Source: an uncultured Acidobacteriaceae bacterium | GTDB taxonomy: Bacteria > Acidobacteriota > Terriglobia > Terriglobales > Acidobacteriaceae | Length of the DNA stretch: 64,000 nucleotides | Direction: 5' to 3' | NCBI GenBank assembly: GCA_963705265.1 | Contig: OY970064.1 | Coordinates: 5,193,390-5,257,389 of the forward strand | Shown here: piece after piece, positions 54,615 through 63,729 of the stretch | How positions within the stretch are numbered: position 1 is the first letter of the stretch | Layout of the letters: the number at the start of each line of letters is the position of its first letter | Notes under the pieces: generated by a model | What the model saw: the letters and a program-made list of their open reading frames with translations, nothing else | What the model was told of the DNA's origin: nothing | Databases searched by the model: none | Position numbers and translations under genes: made by a program

Positions 54615-55280
54615 ATGCCCCTGCTTGCGGTCGTCTTGCTAGCCTCGAAAAAAAGCGCCCTGCGATGGCTAATCCATCTCGGCGGTCCGAGCCTAATTTT
54701 GCTGGGTCTTGTCGACAACTCGGTCATCCCGCTGCCGGGTAGCACGGACGTGGTTACCATTCTGCTCGCCGCTCACCGTCGCGAACCGTGGTTCTACTAC
54801 ACGATCATGGCGACGGCAGGAGCCCTGCTCGGCGGCTTCCTTACTTATCGCATGGCCCGCAAAGGCGGCAAAGAAACGCTGGAAAAGAGATTCTCGAAGA
54901 AGAAGGTCAGCAAGGTCTATGCAATTTTTGAACGCTGGGGCTTCGCCGCAGTCGCGATCCCAGCGATACTTCCGCCGCCGTTTCCCATCGTCCCCATGTT
55001 GTTAGCTGCAGGTGCTATGCAGTACCCAACCCGGAAGTTTCTGACGGCTCTGGCCGTGGGGCGAGGCATTCGATTCATGATCCTGGCCTATCTCGGATAC
55101 CACTACGGGCGTCACATCGTGACATTCTTTGATCAATATTATTGGCCCGTGCTTATCGCACTGATTGCGTTCTCGGTGCTGGGCGGACTGTATGGCTTGT
55201 ACGAGTACAAACGTCGACATAGAGCGGAAAACCCTAAACCCGCTCGCCCGCGACCTCAGCCTCGCCGTCGGATGGCATAG
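54615..55280 (+). CDS. YqaA/DedA-type (VTT/SNARE-associated domain) membrane protein
   Basis: LGLVDNSVIPLPGSTDVV..GGFLTYRMARKGG..WGFAAVAIPAILPPPFPIVP. The track ORF is extended upstream, antisense into the phosphatase gene. Confidence 0.65.
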   Translation: MPLLAVVLLASKKSALRWLIHLGGPSLILLGLVDNSVIPLPGSTDVVTILLAAHRREPWFYYTIMATAGALLGGFLTYRMARKGGKETLEKRFSKKKVSKVYAIFERWGFAAVAIPAILPPPFPIVPMLLAAGAMQYPTRKFLTALAVGRGIRFMILAYLGYHYGRHIVTFFDQYYWPVLIALIAFSVLGGLYGLYEYKRRHRAENPKPARPRPQPRRRMA

Positions 55281-55298
55281 ATGAATTGGCCACGTCTC

Positions 55299-55754
55299 TC
55301 AGATATCCGTGTACTCCGGAACGTAGTCTTTAAACAGACCTGAACCCAAAGTGATCGTCCGCACCGGGACGCGATCCGCGTTCTTACTTGATCTGACCCA
55401 TTCCCACGCAGAACCGATCTCCGGGCTTGTGAAATAACGCGTCTCAGCCTGAAGAACGGCGGTTCCAACAAGGACCACAGCCACCACTTCTTCCCATTTG
55501 TCAGCGCCGACCACCGCCATCCGGGCGATATGGTCGGTGTATTTTTGGAGGAAACGCATCTCGTTCCAACGCGCTTTCCAGTCCGCGCCCTCCATCTGCG
55601 AGAGATCGGCTAGTATCCCGATCGGACGCTCTTTCCGTTCTCGGATTACGAATTCAATTTGCGGCTCAAATTCCATGACTTCGTCGCTGGTAATTCTCCC
55701 AACAACTTTAAAGCCAATCGCCGATCCCTGGCTTTCTTTGAGTCTTTGAATCAT
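55299..55754 (-). CDS. STAS/SpoIIAA-like (DUF3478-type) protein
   Basis: GFKVVGRITSDEVMEFEPQIEFVIRE..ILADLSQMEGADWKARWNEMRFLQKYTDHIARMAVVG. Confidence 0.55.
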   Translation of the reverse strand: MIQRLKESQGSAIGFKVVGRITSDEVMEFEPQIEFVIRERKERPIGILADLSQMEGADWKARWNEMRFLQKYTDHIARMAVVGADKWEEVVAVVLVGTAVLQAETRYFTSPEIGSAWEWVRSSKNADRVPVRTITLGSGLFKDYVPEYTDI

Positions 55755-55896
55755 GGCCGTATCTCCTTGATTGTTACGATTTATTGTTACGTCAATTTAT
55801 GACCGTTGATGTTAGCACTCCGAAACCATCCTTGTGGAAACTTGATTCAAACTCGCCTCTACAGCCTCTCACCAGCTAAAATGGCTATTACGTGGG

Positions 55897-56952
55897 GTGA
55901 AGAGGATGTCCCTGACCAAAGAGCAAGCTCTAGAGATGTTTCGGTCCGATGATCTCATCGGGATTGGCATGGAGGCGGATGCAGTTCGCCGCAAAATGCA
56001 TCCCGAGGGCACCGTGACTTACATTATCGATCGCAATATCAATTACACCAATTTCTGCACGGAATATTGCACCTTCTGCGCGTTCTATCGTTCGTTAAAA
56101 GGACCGGCGGCGAAAGAAGGTTACATCCTCGACTATGACACAATCTACGAGAAGATTCGTGAGACGGTCGAACTTGGTGGCACGGGCGTCCTGATGCAGG
56201 GAGGGCTGCATCCCGATCTCAAGATCGACTGGCATGAGCGGATGCTAAGCGGAATCAAACAGCGTTTCCCGAAGATTCATTTGCATTGCTATTCCGCATC
56301 GGAAATTTTGGCGATTGCCGAGTACAGCAATCTCAGCCTCCGCGATACGATCGCGCGGCTGCGCGATGCTGGGTTGGATTCGATTCCCGGCGGTGGAGCT
56401 GAGATTCTTGATGACGAGGTACGCTACAAAATTGCGCGGCTAAAATGCCTCACCGCGGATTGGCTCGAAGTACATCGGACGGCGCATCAACTCGGCATGA
56501 GGACTACGGCGACGATGATGTTTGGGGTCGGCGAGTCGATCGAGCATCGGATTAATCACTTCCAGTGTCTTTACGATTTGCAGCAGGAGACTGGTGGTTT
56601 CACGGCGTTCATCCCGTGGAGCTTTCAGCCTACGAATACGGCGCTGGGCGGACGCCGATGGGATGAGGCTACGGCGGTTGAGTATCTGAAAGTTCTGGCG
56701 ATTTCGCGGCTCTATCTTTCGAATTTCTTGAACGTGCAGTCCAGTTGGGTAACGCAGGGATTGAAAGTTTGCCAGATGGGGCTGCGTTTTGGCGGTAACG
56801 ATGTGGGCTCGGTGATGCTGGAGGAGAATGTGGTTCGAGCCGCGGGCGTCAATAACTGCACCACCGAAGAAGAGTTGCGGCGCATCATACGGGATGCGGG
56901 ATTCCGTCCGGCGCAGCGGGATACGTTGTACCGGCAATATTTTCTGAACTGA
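55897..56952 (+). CDS. mqnC: Radical SAM menaquinone (futalosine pathway) enzyme, MqnC-like
   Basis: NINYTNFCTEYCTFCAFYR (CxxxCxxC), GGGAEILDDEVR, TATMMFG, GGFTAFIPWSFQPTNT. The MqnC versus MqnE assignment rests only on my recollection of the FIPW/FQP motif. The start is GTG 55897 or ATG 55906. Confidence 0.6.
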   Translation: MKRMSLTKEQALEMFRSDDLIGIGMEADAVRRKMHPEGTVTYIIDRNINYTNFCTEYCTFCAFYRSLKGPAAKEGYILDYDTIYEKIRETVELGGTGVLMQGGLHPDLKIDWHERMLSGIKQRFPKIHLHCYSASEILAIAEYSNLSLRDTIARLRDAGLDSIPGGGAEILDDEVRYKIARLKCLTADWLEVHRTAHQLGMRTTATMMFGVGESIEHRINHFQCLYDLQQETGGFTAFIPWSFQPTNTALGGRRWDEATAVEYLKVLAISRLYLSNFLNVQSSWVTQGLKVCQMGLRFGGNDVGSVMLEENVVRAAGVNNCTTEEELRRIIRDAGFRPAQRDTLYRQYFLN

Positions 56953-56953
56953 T

Positions 56954-58639
56954 TTGACGCGCTTATTCGCCTTCGCCTGCCTGATACTCTGCGCCCTCCT
57001 GTCTGTGAGCGCGCAAGAGTCCGCGCCCGCGGCGAAAGAGTCCTCCATTGGCGGCACGATCATAAAAGAACCCGGCAGCCAGCCGCTCAAGAAAGTTCTC
57101 GTGCAGGTCGTTGCGGAAGATCAAAAACAGGGTGGAAATTACACCGCCTCAACCGACGCTGACGGGCGCTTCCACATAGAGAACGTGGCACCGGGCCGTT
57201 ACCGGCTCTTCATCGAAAAAACCGGCTTTGTCGGAGTAAACGAACGCGGGCTGAAGTCTGACACCAACGTTTTCACGGTACAGGCTGGACGATCGGTGGA
57301 AGACCTTCTCTTTCGAATGCTACCCACGGCGGTCATCAGCGGCCGCATTACAGACGAAGATGGCGATCCAATGTCTGGCGTCCGAATACTTGCGCTGAAA
57401 AAAATACCGGGCAAGACCAAGCGCGAATCCGCCAGCACTGAAGCAACAAACGATCTAGGAGAATATCGTCTCTCAGGTTTGTTTCCCGGCCAGTATTGGA
57501 TTTTGGTCGTGCCACCTCCCGACTTCCGCGACTACGAAAAGCAGCAGGACAAATCGCCGCAGGGGAAGTCGCAAGACAATAGTCAAGGTGAGGCCCAGTC
57601 CGATACCCGCTATCTTGCCACTTACTATCCCGGTACATACGATGCCGCGCAGGCCTCAGCTGTAACGCTCAAGGCGGCCGATGAAGTACCGGTCAACCTC
57701 ACATTGGTGCCGTCTCGAACGTATCGAGTTCGCGGAATTGTAACTGGCGTCACGGCCAGCCAGAAGCCTACCGTGGAGTTGGTCTCCAAAACGGGCGATT
57801 CTTACCACGTTAATGAAATTGGGCCTGACGGCCAGTTCGAAGTCCGCGGAGTTGGTCCGGGATCATATGTGTTGAGGGCATCGGCCGCCACAGGAACGCA
57901 GCCACTAACCGCGCACCAGGATATCAACATGGTCGCCGCTGACGTTGATGGCGTAAAGCTTGCTCCCTTGCCTTCTTTTACGATCTCCGGTCACCTTCAC
58001 ATCGAAGGAGGCGTTGGAGATCCGACACAATACGTGGTTAATCTCCGCGCGGCCGAGCTACCGGAAGATCCCGGCCTTTTCATGTCCCAGGACTTTTTTG
58101 GAACGAATGCATCCGTGGATCGGCTTGGTAACTTCCAGTGGAAAGACGTAAACCCTGGCACCTATATAGTGCAAGTGGAAGGCGGCACTGGTCCGGGTAG
58201 CTTCTTTTTGAAATCGGTCACGCTGGGCGGGCGAGACATCGCAACCGGATTCACGGCCAGTGGATCGACGACCCTTGAGCTGACAGTGAGCTCTAAAGGA
58301 GGAGCGGTCGAGGGAGAAGTTATTGAAAAAGAAAAAGATGTGGATACCGACCATCCTGTAGCCAACGCCATGGTAGTTGCAGTTCCGGAAGAAAAATACC
58401 GCAAACTTTCCGACCATTTCAAGACCGGATCGACCGATCAGAAAGGACAGTTCACGATTACCGGCTTGACTCCCGGAAACTACACGCTATATGCCTGGGA
58501 GGATCTGGAAGATAACTTATGGTACGACACCGATTTTCTGAAATCCGAGGAAGCGAATGGCACGGCGGTGAAAGTGGCGGAAGGCTCCAATCAGAAGGTC
58601 GAGCTGAAGTTGAGTCCAGTGAGTGAGGAATGGCGCTAG
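56954..58639 (+). CDS. Secreted protein with repeated carboxypeptidase-regulatory-like domains
   Basis: Signal peptide. IGGTIIKE..TDADGRFHIENVAPGRYRL, ISGRITDEDGDPMSG, and several further ..PGxY.. beta-sandwich units. The TTG start is 2 nt after the mqnC stop. Confidence 0.7.
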   Translation: MTRLFAFACLILCALLSVSAQESAPAAKESSIGGTIIKEPGSQPLKKVLVQVVAEDQKQGGNYTASTDADGRFHIENVAPGRYRLFIEKTGFVGVNERGLKSDTNVFTVQAGRSVEDLLFRMLPTAVISGRITDEDGDPMSGVRILALKKIPGKTKRESASTEATNDLGEYRLSGLFPGQYWILVVPPPDFRDYEKQQDKSPQGKSQDNSQGEAQSDTRYLATYYPGTYDAAQASAVTLKAADEVPVNLTLVPSRTYRVRGIVTGVTASQKPTVELVSKTGDSYHVNEIGPDGQFEVRGVGPGSYVLRASAATGTQPLTAHQDINMVAADVDGVKLAPLPSFTISGHLHIEGGVGDPTQYVVNLRAAELPEDPGLFMSQDFFGTNASVDRLGNFQWKDVNPGTYIVQVEGGTGPGSFFLKSVTLGGRDIATGFTASGSTTLELTVSSKGGAVEGEVIEKEKDVDTDHPVANAMVVAVPEEKYRKLSDHFKTGSTDQKGQFTITGLTPGNYTLYAWEDLEDNLWYDTDFLKSEEANGTAVKVAEGSNQKVELKLSPVSEEWR

Positions 58640-58721
58640 TGCAACGTCTCAATCCGGTTCGACCAATCAGATACAATACTTGGACTGCCGTGTTTTTTTT
58701 GACGCATAGTTTTGTTGACTC

Positions 58722-60353
58722 ATGGATTTGACATCGACTTCTCTCCCGCCCAATCTGGCAATGATTCTTGCCTCCAAGGGCTTGGGGCCTTACCTTCGCC
58801 AACATTTTCTGGATAAGACTTTCCAGGGGCTTTACCAGGTCAATGCTTTCGACTTGGCGCTACTGATTCCGTACTTCATTGTGTTGACCATCCTGGCAAG
58901 TTACGGCGCGCACCGCTACTGGATGGTCTACCTTTATTACAAGCATAAAAAGAACAAGACGACCGAACCCAGGGCTCGTTTCGACGACCTTCCGCGCGTC
59001 ACCGTGCAGCTACCAATCTTTAATGAACAATATGTAGTGGATCGGCTACTCGACGCAGTGTGCCGACTCGAGTATCCGAAAGATAAGCTCGACATTCAGT
59101 TGCTCGATGACTCGACCGACGAAACCGTAGAGGTCGCGCGCATTCTGGTCGAACGCTATGCCGCACTGGGACATCCGGTCACATACATCCACCGTGAGAA
59201 TCGTCAAGGCTTCAAAGCGGGCGCTTTGGAAGCAGGCTTGAAAACGGCAAAGGGAGAATTCATCGCGATCTTCGATGCCGATTTTGTTCCGCCACCTGAC
59301 TTTCTGTTGAAGTGCATCGATCATTTTACCGACCCAAAGATTGGTATGGTGCAAACGCGATGGACGCACATCAACCGCCATTACTCGTTCCTAACCGAAG
59401 TCGAAGCCATTCTGCTAGACGGCCATTTCGTACTGGAACACTCGGCGCGCGCACGCACTGGTGTTTTTTTTAACTTCAATGGCACAGCCGGCATGTGGCG
59501 ACGATGCGCCATTGACGAAGCTGGCGGCTGGGAGCATGACACGCTCACCGAAGACACCGACCTCTCCTATCGTGCGCAGCTCAAGGGCTGGAAATTCGTT
59601 TATCTGCAGGATGTCGAATGCCCCGCTGAGTTGCCGGTGGAGATGACCGCATTCAAGACGCAGCAGGCTCGGTGGGCGAAGGGTTTAATTCAGGTTTCTA
59701 AGAAAATACTTCCGCGGGTGCTCGCAAGCGATACGTCGCGACACGTAAAGATCGAAGCGTGCTATCACCTGACGGCGAATCTCAGTTATCCGCTAATGAT
59801 CGTGCTCTCGGTTCTGCTGATGCCCGCCATGATCATTCGCTTTTATCAGGGATGGTTCCAGATGCTCTACATCGACCTTCCCTTGTTCATGGCTTCGACG
59901 TTTTCTATTTCCAGCTTTTATCTGGTTTCGCAGAAAGAGCTATTTCCGAAGAGCTGGCTGCGTTCGTTGCTCTACCTGCCACTCTTAATGGCTCTTGGCA
60001 TCGGGCTGACAATCACGAATACACGCGCTGTTCTGGAAGCGCTGGTCGGCAAGCAGACCGCCTTTGCCCGTACTCCGAAGTACCGCGTCGAAACAAAGAA
60101 AGACAAAGTCTTCGCGGCCAAATACCGCAAGCGATTGGGATGGGTTCCGTGGATTGAACTCTTGATCGGAACTTATTTTGCGCTGGCAGTCTTTTACGCC
60201 ATCGACAACGAGAATTACTTTACGGTTCCGTTTCTGCTGCTGTTTGTGATCGGCTACTGGTGCACGGGGCTGATGTCTCTGCTGCAAGGGAGATTTGCAG
60301 GACTCTCAGTGGGCTCGGAAACTCACAGCAAGCCGTTCCCCGTCGGCGTCTAG
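58722..60353 (+). CDS. Family 2 glycosyltransferase, processive beta-glycan-synthase type, with C-terminal TM helices
   Basis: VQLPIFNE, LDDSTDET, IFDADFVPPPDF, LTEDTDLSYR and QQARWAKG (D,D,D,QxxRW signature), plus multiple TM helices. No PilZ-like segment seen. Confidence 0.8.
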   Translation: MDLTSTSLPPNLAMILASKGLGPYLRQHFLDKTFQGLYQVNAFDLALLIPYFIVLTILASYGAHRYWMVYLYYKHKKNKTTEPRARFDDLPRVTVQLPIFNEQYVVDRLLDAVCRLEYPKDKLDIQLLDDSTDETVEVARILVERYAALGHPVTYIHRENRQGFKAGALEAGLKTAKGEFIAIFDADFVPPPDFLLKCIDHFTDPKIGMVQTRWTHINRHYSFLTEVEAILLDGHFVLEHSARARTGVFFNFNGTAGMWRRCAIDEAGGWEHDTLTEDTDLSYRAQLKGWKFVYLQDVECPAELPVEMTAFKTQQARWAKGLIQVSKKILPRVLASDTSRHVKIEACYHLTANLSYPLMIVLSVLLMPAMIIRFYQGWFQMLYIDLPLFMASTFSISSFYLVSQKELFPKSWLRSLLYLPLLMALGIGLTITNTRAVLEALVGKQTAFARTPKYRVETKKDKVFAAKYRKRLGWVPWIELLIGTYFALAVFYAIDNENYFTVPFLLLFVIGYWCTGLMSLLQGRFAGLSVGSETHSKPFPVGV

Positions 60354-60408
60354 GAATTGAGATGTTGAGTCGTCGATTCGTTTTAGAACTTCGGACGGAA
60401 AAAATGGT

Positions 60409-61968
60409 TCAATGTCCTTCAGCGGGAAACTTGAAATCAACATTGACCGTGATCTCATTCTTTACCGGTTTCCCGTCGAGCTGATAGGGGTTGTACCGCC
60501 AGTGGTTTACCGCATCCACAGCGGATTGGGCAAGCACGGGCGAGCCGTCAACAACTCTCACATCGCCTACCTTTCCATCTTCCATGACCACCGCAGTCAG
60601 AACCACGGTGCCCTCCAATCGCAGAGCGCGGGCCTGTGCCGGATAAACCGGCGCAACCCGGTGGACAAGTTGACCGCCGGTGACGCCTTGCGACACCGGA
60701 ACAAAGGGTCGGGGCAATGATGTTTTGGCAGAGAAACCTTCTCCGTCGACGGACTGGCTCGTTGAAGTGGTGGTAGCCGACGGCTCTGCCGCGACGCTCT
60801 TATCGGATTCCGAATCGTTATGCAATTCAGCAGGCGAATTCGGCGTACCGTTCGGAACGGCAACACTGGCAGCAACGTCAGCTAGCAGCGGCGATCGATT
60901 GACTTGAGATTGACCGGCCTTCTGTCTCGTGACTTCGTCCACCTTCGAGGCCAACCGTACGGGGCTTCCAGCCGAAGGCTTTCCGCCGGATGGAGAGAGA
61001 ACTTCGCCGCCAGGATTCGCTTTCCAGACCGGATCATTATCGGGGAACTCCCTGTCGGGACGATGTTTGTCCGGAGGGACAGCAGCCGCCATATTCGCAA
61101 TCGACGACTCAACAGATGCCATGCTCGACGACATGGCGACGGGAGCCGCCATCGCGGCATGTGCTCTGCCGCTCGTCTCATCCGGGCCGCGCCAGCCCAA
61201 CCAGATCATCAAGGCCAGGAGCGAAATTGCCACCAGGCCGATGGCGCCTAAAGCGAAGGGCCGCGATCGAGTGCCTAGGAACGCGAGCGCCACATCCCCA
61301 ACGCGATCCGAGGCTGGAAGAATGCCTGAAGGTTGAGGTTTCTCAACTAAAATCTTCGGCGCGGCGGACGATGCGCCGTGCGGTTGCGTCGCTCGCGCCC
61401 GCTCAGCTAGTGCCGCCAATTGCTGCAGAAGAATAATGTGCTGCTCTGTGAAGGCCGCTGGCTTGGTGGAGAAAACTTCAAGAATTCCATTGACCCCGCG
61501 CCAGCCCTGGATCGGCAAGACGGCGATCGAGCGCAAACCAAGGCTGCGGCAGACTTCCACGTCAACCAGTGGATCATTTTCTGTATCGACACAGCTCTGA
61601 GTTTTGGCTGTGCGAAAACATTCGCCTGAAATTCCGGTCTCCGCACTTAACTGCGCACCGAGCGGAGGGGCTGTCTCACCACTACGCGCACGGCAAATCA
61701 TCGCGCCCTCTTTCCACATTGCGAGAGCGGCTCCGGAAGCGCCCGTCAGCTGTCGGGCAGCATCGGTAATTGTCGCCAGCGTAGGGTCCAAACGCTGATC
61801 ACCGGCTGCGATCAATCCTTTCAGGGCCGAAAGGGCTATGTTCTCGTGGGCACTTCTAGAAACGCCGGGTGGATCGCTGTCGCTGCGGGTGGAAAAAGCC
61901 GAGGGATGGTCGCTATCGGTTCCGAGTCTTTTCCACGAGCGAGACGGTCTAGATTGAGGCACAACCAC
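60409..61968 (-). CDS. GAF domain - TM - Pro/Ser-rich linker - TonB C-terminal domain protein
   Basis: GAF-like ATITDAARQLTGASGAALAMW..ISGECFRT..SIAVLPIQ..GILEVFS. TM FALGAIGLVAISLLALMIWLGW. C-terminal VYPAQARALRLEGTVVLTAVVMEDGKVGDVRVVDGSPVLAQSAVDAVNHWRYNP. The apparent start is GTG. Confidence 0.7.
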   Translation of the reverse strand: MVVPQSRPSRSWKRLGTDSDHPSAFSTRSDSDPPGVSRSAHENIALSALKGLIAAGDQRLDPTLATITDAARQLTGASGAALAMWKEGAMICRARSGETAPPLGAQLSAETGISGECFRTAKTQSCVDTENDPLVDVEVCRSLGLRSIAVLPIQGWRGVNGILEVFSTKPAAFTEQHIILLQQLAALAERARATQPHGASSAAPKILVEKPQPSGILPASDRVGDVALAFLGTRSRPFALGAIGLVAISLLALMIWLGWRGPDETSGRAHAAMAAPVAMSSSMASVESSIANMAAAVPPDKHRPDREFPDNDPVWKANPGGEVLSPSGGKPSAGSPVRLASKVDEVTRQKAGQSQVNRSPLLADVAASVAVPNGTPNSPAELHNDSESDKSVAAEPSATTTSTSQSVDGEGFSAKTSLPRPFVPVSQGVTGGQLVHRVAPVYPAQARALRLEGTVVLTAVVMEDGKVGDVRVVDGSPVLAQSAVDAVNHWRYNPYQLDGKPVKNEITVNVDFKFPAEGH

Positions 61969-62229
61969 GGATCACTCTCACTCTGTAAGTTTCCGGACAA
62001 ATTCAGTCAAAACGCAAGCTGCGCGGGCGATTTGGCGGAAGTATGAGCCAATGCTGGACACATGTCAAGCATACAGCAGGGCGCATGTCCTTCTGCGTGT
62101 TTCTCGAGGATTCCGAACGGTTTTTCTGGACGAATGCACGACCGTTCGCAACAAAACATCCGCAGCCAGGGCTAAATTCCTCGCACCAAACTAACTAACA
62201 ATTGGGTCGTAGCGGCGATGCTAACCTGA

Positions 62230-63513
62230 TTGGGCTCTGGTTTCTCGCATGTACCTCCGCAAGGGGCATTGCAAGGAGCCAATTTTAAAAAGATTGTTAG
62301 AACACTCGAAGCGTTGGCGGATTTGGGCCCCGAACTTACGGCGGACCGCGACTTCCGCCAAACCGCTCGAACCGTGCTGACCGCCATAATGGAAGCGGCG
62401 GGCGCGCGAGAAGCTGTTTTATTTTCGTTTAGCGAACGGCCTTCTGTGCTCACCTCGGTCGATGGCCAAGGATTTGCGCTGCTGCCAGAACCTTCCGTCA
62501 TTCCCTTACTCCCCCGCCATATACATACCTTGACGGCCGCCGTCGGACCAGTACTGCTCAACAGTTCCACCTATGACGTTTTCTTGAGTTCCAGCGGCAA
62601 CGTCGCGCCAGAACTATTTAAATGCATTTGTCCGCTGAAAGTTCGGGGAAAATTAGTCGGTGTAATAGCCCTCGGCCGTCGGCCCGGCGAAGCTTTGTAC
62701 GAAGAAGACTCGTTGGAAGCCTTTCAAATGCTGAGCCATTACGTGGCGCTGGTCATCCAGAATCATACCCTCGGCCAGACGTTGGCACAGCGGGTTTCAG
62801 AAAACCTGCGGCTGCTGGCCTCCTTGCATGGCTTCTACGACAACGCGCTCGAAGCTTTCGCGACCGCGATCGACGTCAAACACGTCAACATTCATGGACA
62901 TTCGCTACGTGTAGGTCGCTACGCCCAGGCAATCGGCGAGGCTCTGGGGATGGATCCGAGCGATGTGGCGCCGTTGCGCTCGGCGGGATATCTGCACGAC
63001 ATTGGTAAAGTTGCCGTCGACAAGCGGCTGTTTGAAAAAGCCTCTAAGCTCGACGCCGAGGAATACCGCGAGATGCGAGACCACACCACAGTCGGACATC
63101 AGATCGTCACCAACGTACAGTTTCCCTGGCCGCAGATTCCGGAAATTGTGCGCTGGCATCATGAGCGCGGAGACGGGTCGGGTTACCCCGACGGCTTGCA
63201 TGGGGACGACATGCCGCAAGCTGTGCGCATCGTGGCTTTGGCAGATACCTTTGACGCCATGACCAGCGAACGTCCCTACCGTGAAAGACTCTCGATCGGA
63301 GCCGCCCTACAGGAGTTGATCAGGATGGCCCCGCAAAAATATGATGCCCATGCGCTACAGGCTCTACTGATTCAAGTGCGCCGGGATGCGATTGGAACCA
63401 ACCGCATCCCGATGCTTGAACCTGACGTGATGAACCTTTCGGCCACGGACGTGGACCAACTGGCATCCACATTGCAGCATAGGATCAGCCAGGACAAGAC
63501 TTTTCATACCTGA
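62230..63513 (+). CDS. GAF-like sensor / HD-GYP domain phosphodiesterase
   Basis: HSLRVGRYA..YLHDIGKVAV..VRWHHERGDGSGYPDGL..ADTFDAMTSERPYR (HD-GYP). The N-terminal half is GAF-like. The TTG start is uncertain. Confidence 0.8.
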   Translation: MGSGFSHVPPQGALQGANFKKIVRTLEALADLGPELTADRDFRQTARTVLTAIMEAAGAREAVLFSFSERPSVLTSVDGQGFALLPEPSVIPLLPRHIHTLTAAVGPVLLNSSTYDVFLSSSGNVAPELFKCICPLKVRGKLVGVIALGRRPGEALYEEDSLEAFQMLSHYVALVIQNHTLGQTLAQRVSENLRLLASLHGFYDNALEAFATAIDVKHVNIHGHSLRVGRYAQAIGEALGMDPSDVAPLRSAGYLHDIGKVAVDKRLFEKASKLDAEEYREMRDHTTVGHQIVTNVQFPWPQIPEIVRWHHERGDGSGYPDGLHGDDMPQAVRIVALADTFDAMTSERPYRERLSIGAALQELIRMAPQKYDAHALQALLIQVRRDAIGTNRIPMLEPDVMNLSATDVDQLASTLQHRISQDKTFHT

Positions 63514-63729
63514 AGTTGGCACCCTCACGACGTGCAGAAGTGCACGTCCTCCGCAGCCAGCGAACAAAGTTTCCCCGGTGTAAAATCTAAGCCTAGTCCT
63601 CTTGTGCCTCGTCTCTTTTTCTGACCACGATGTAAACTTGGGACAGTCAGCGCAGTGTAACCATATGGGTGCTGATTTCATCTAAGTTGTTGAGTACGAT
63701 TTGTTAGCCGATTTGCGAGGAGAGAATTG

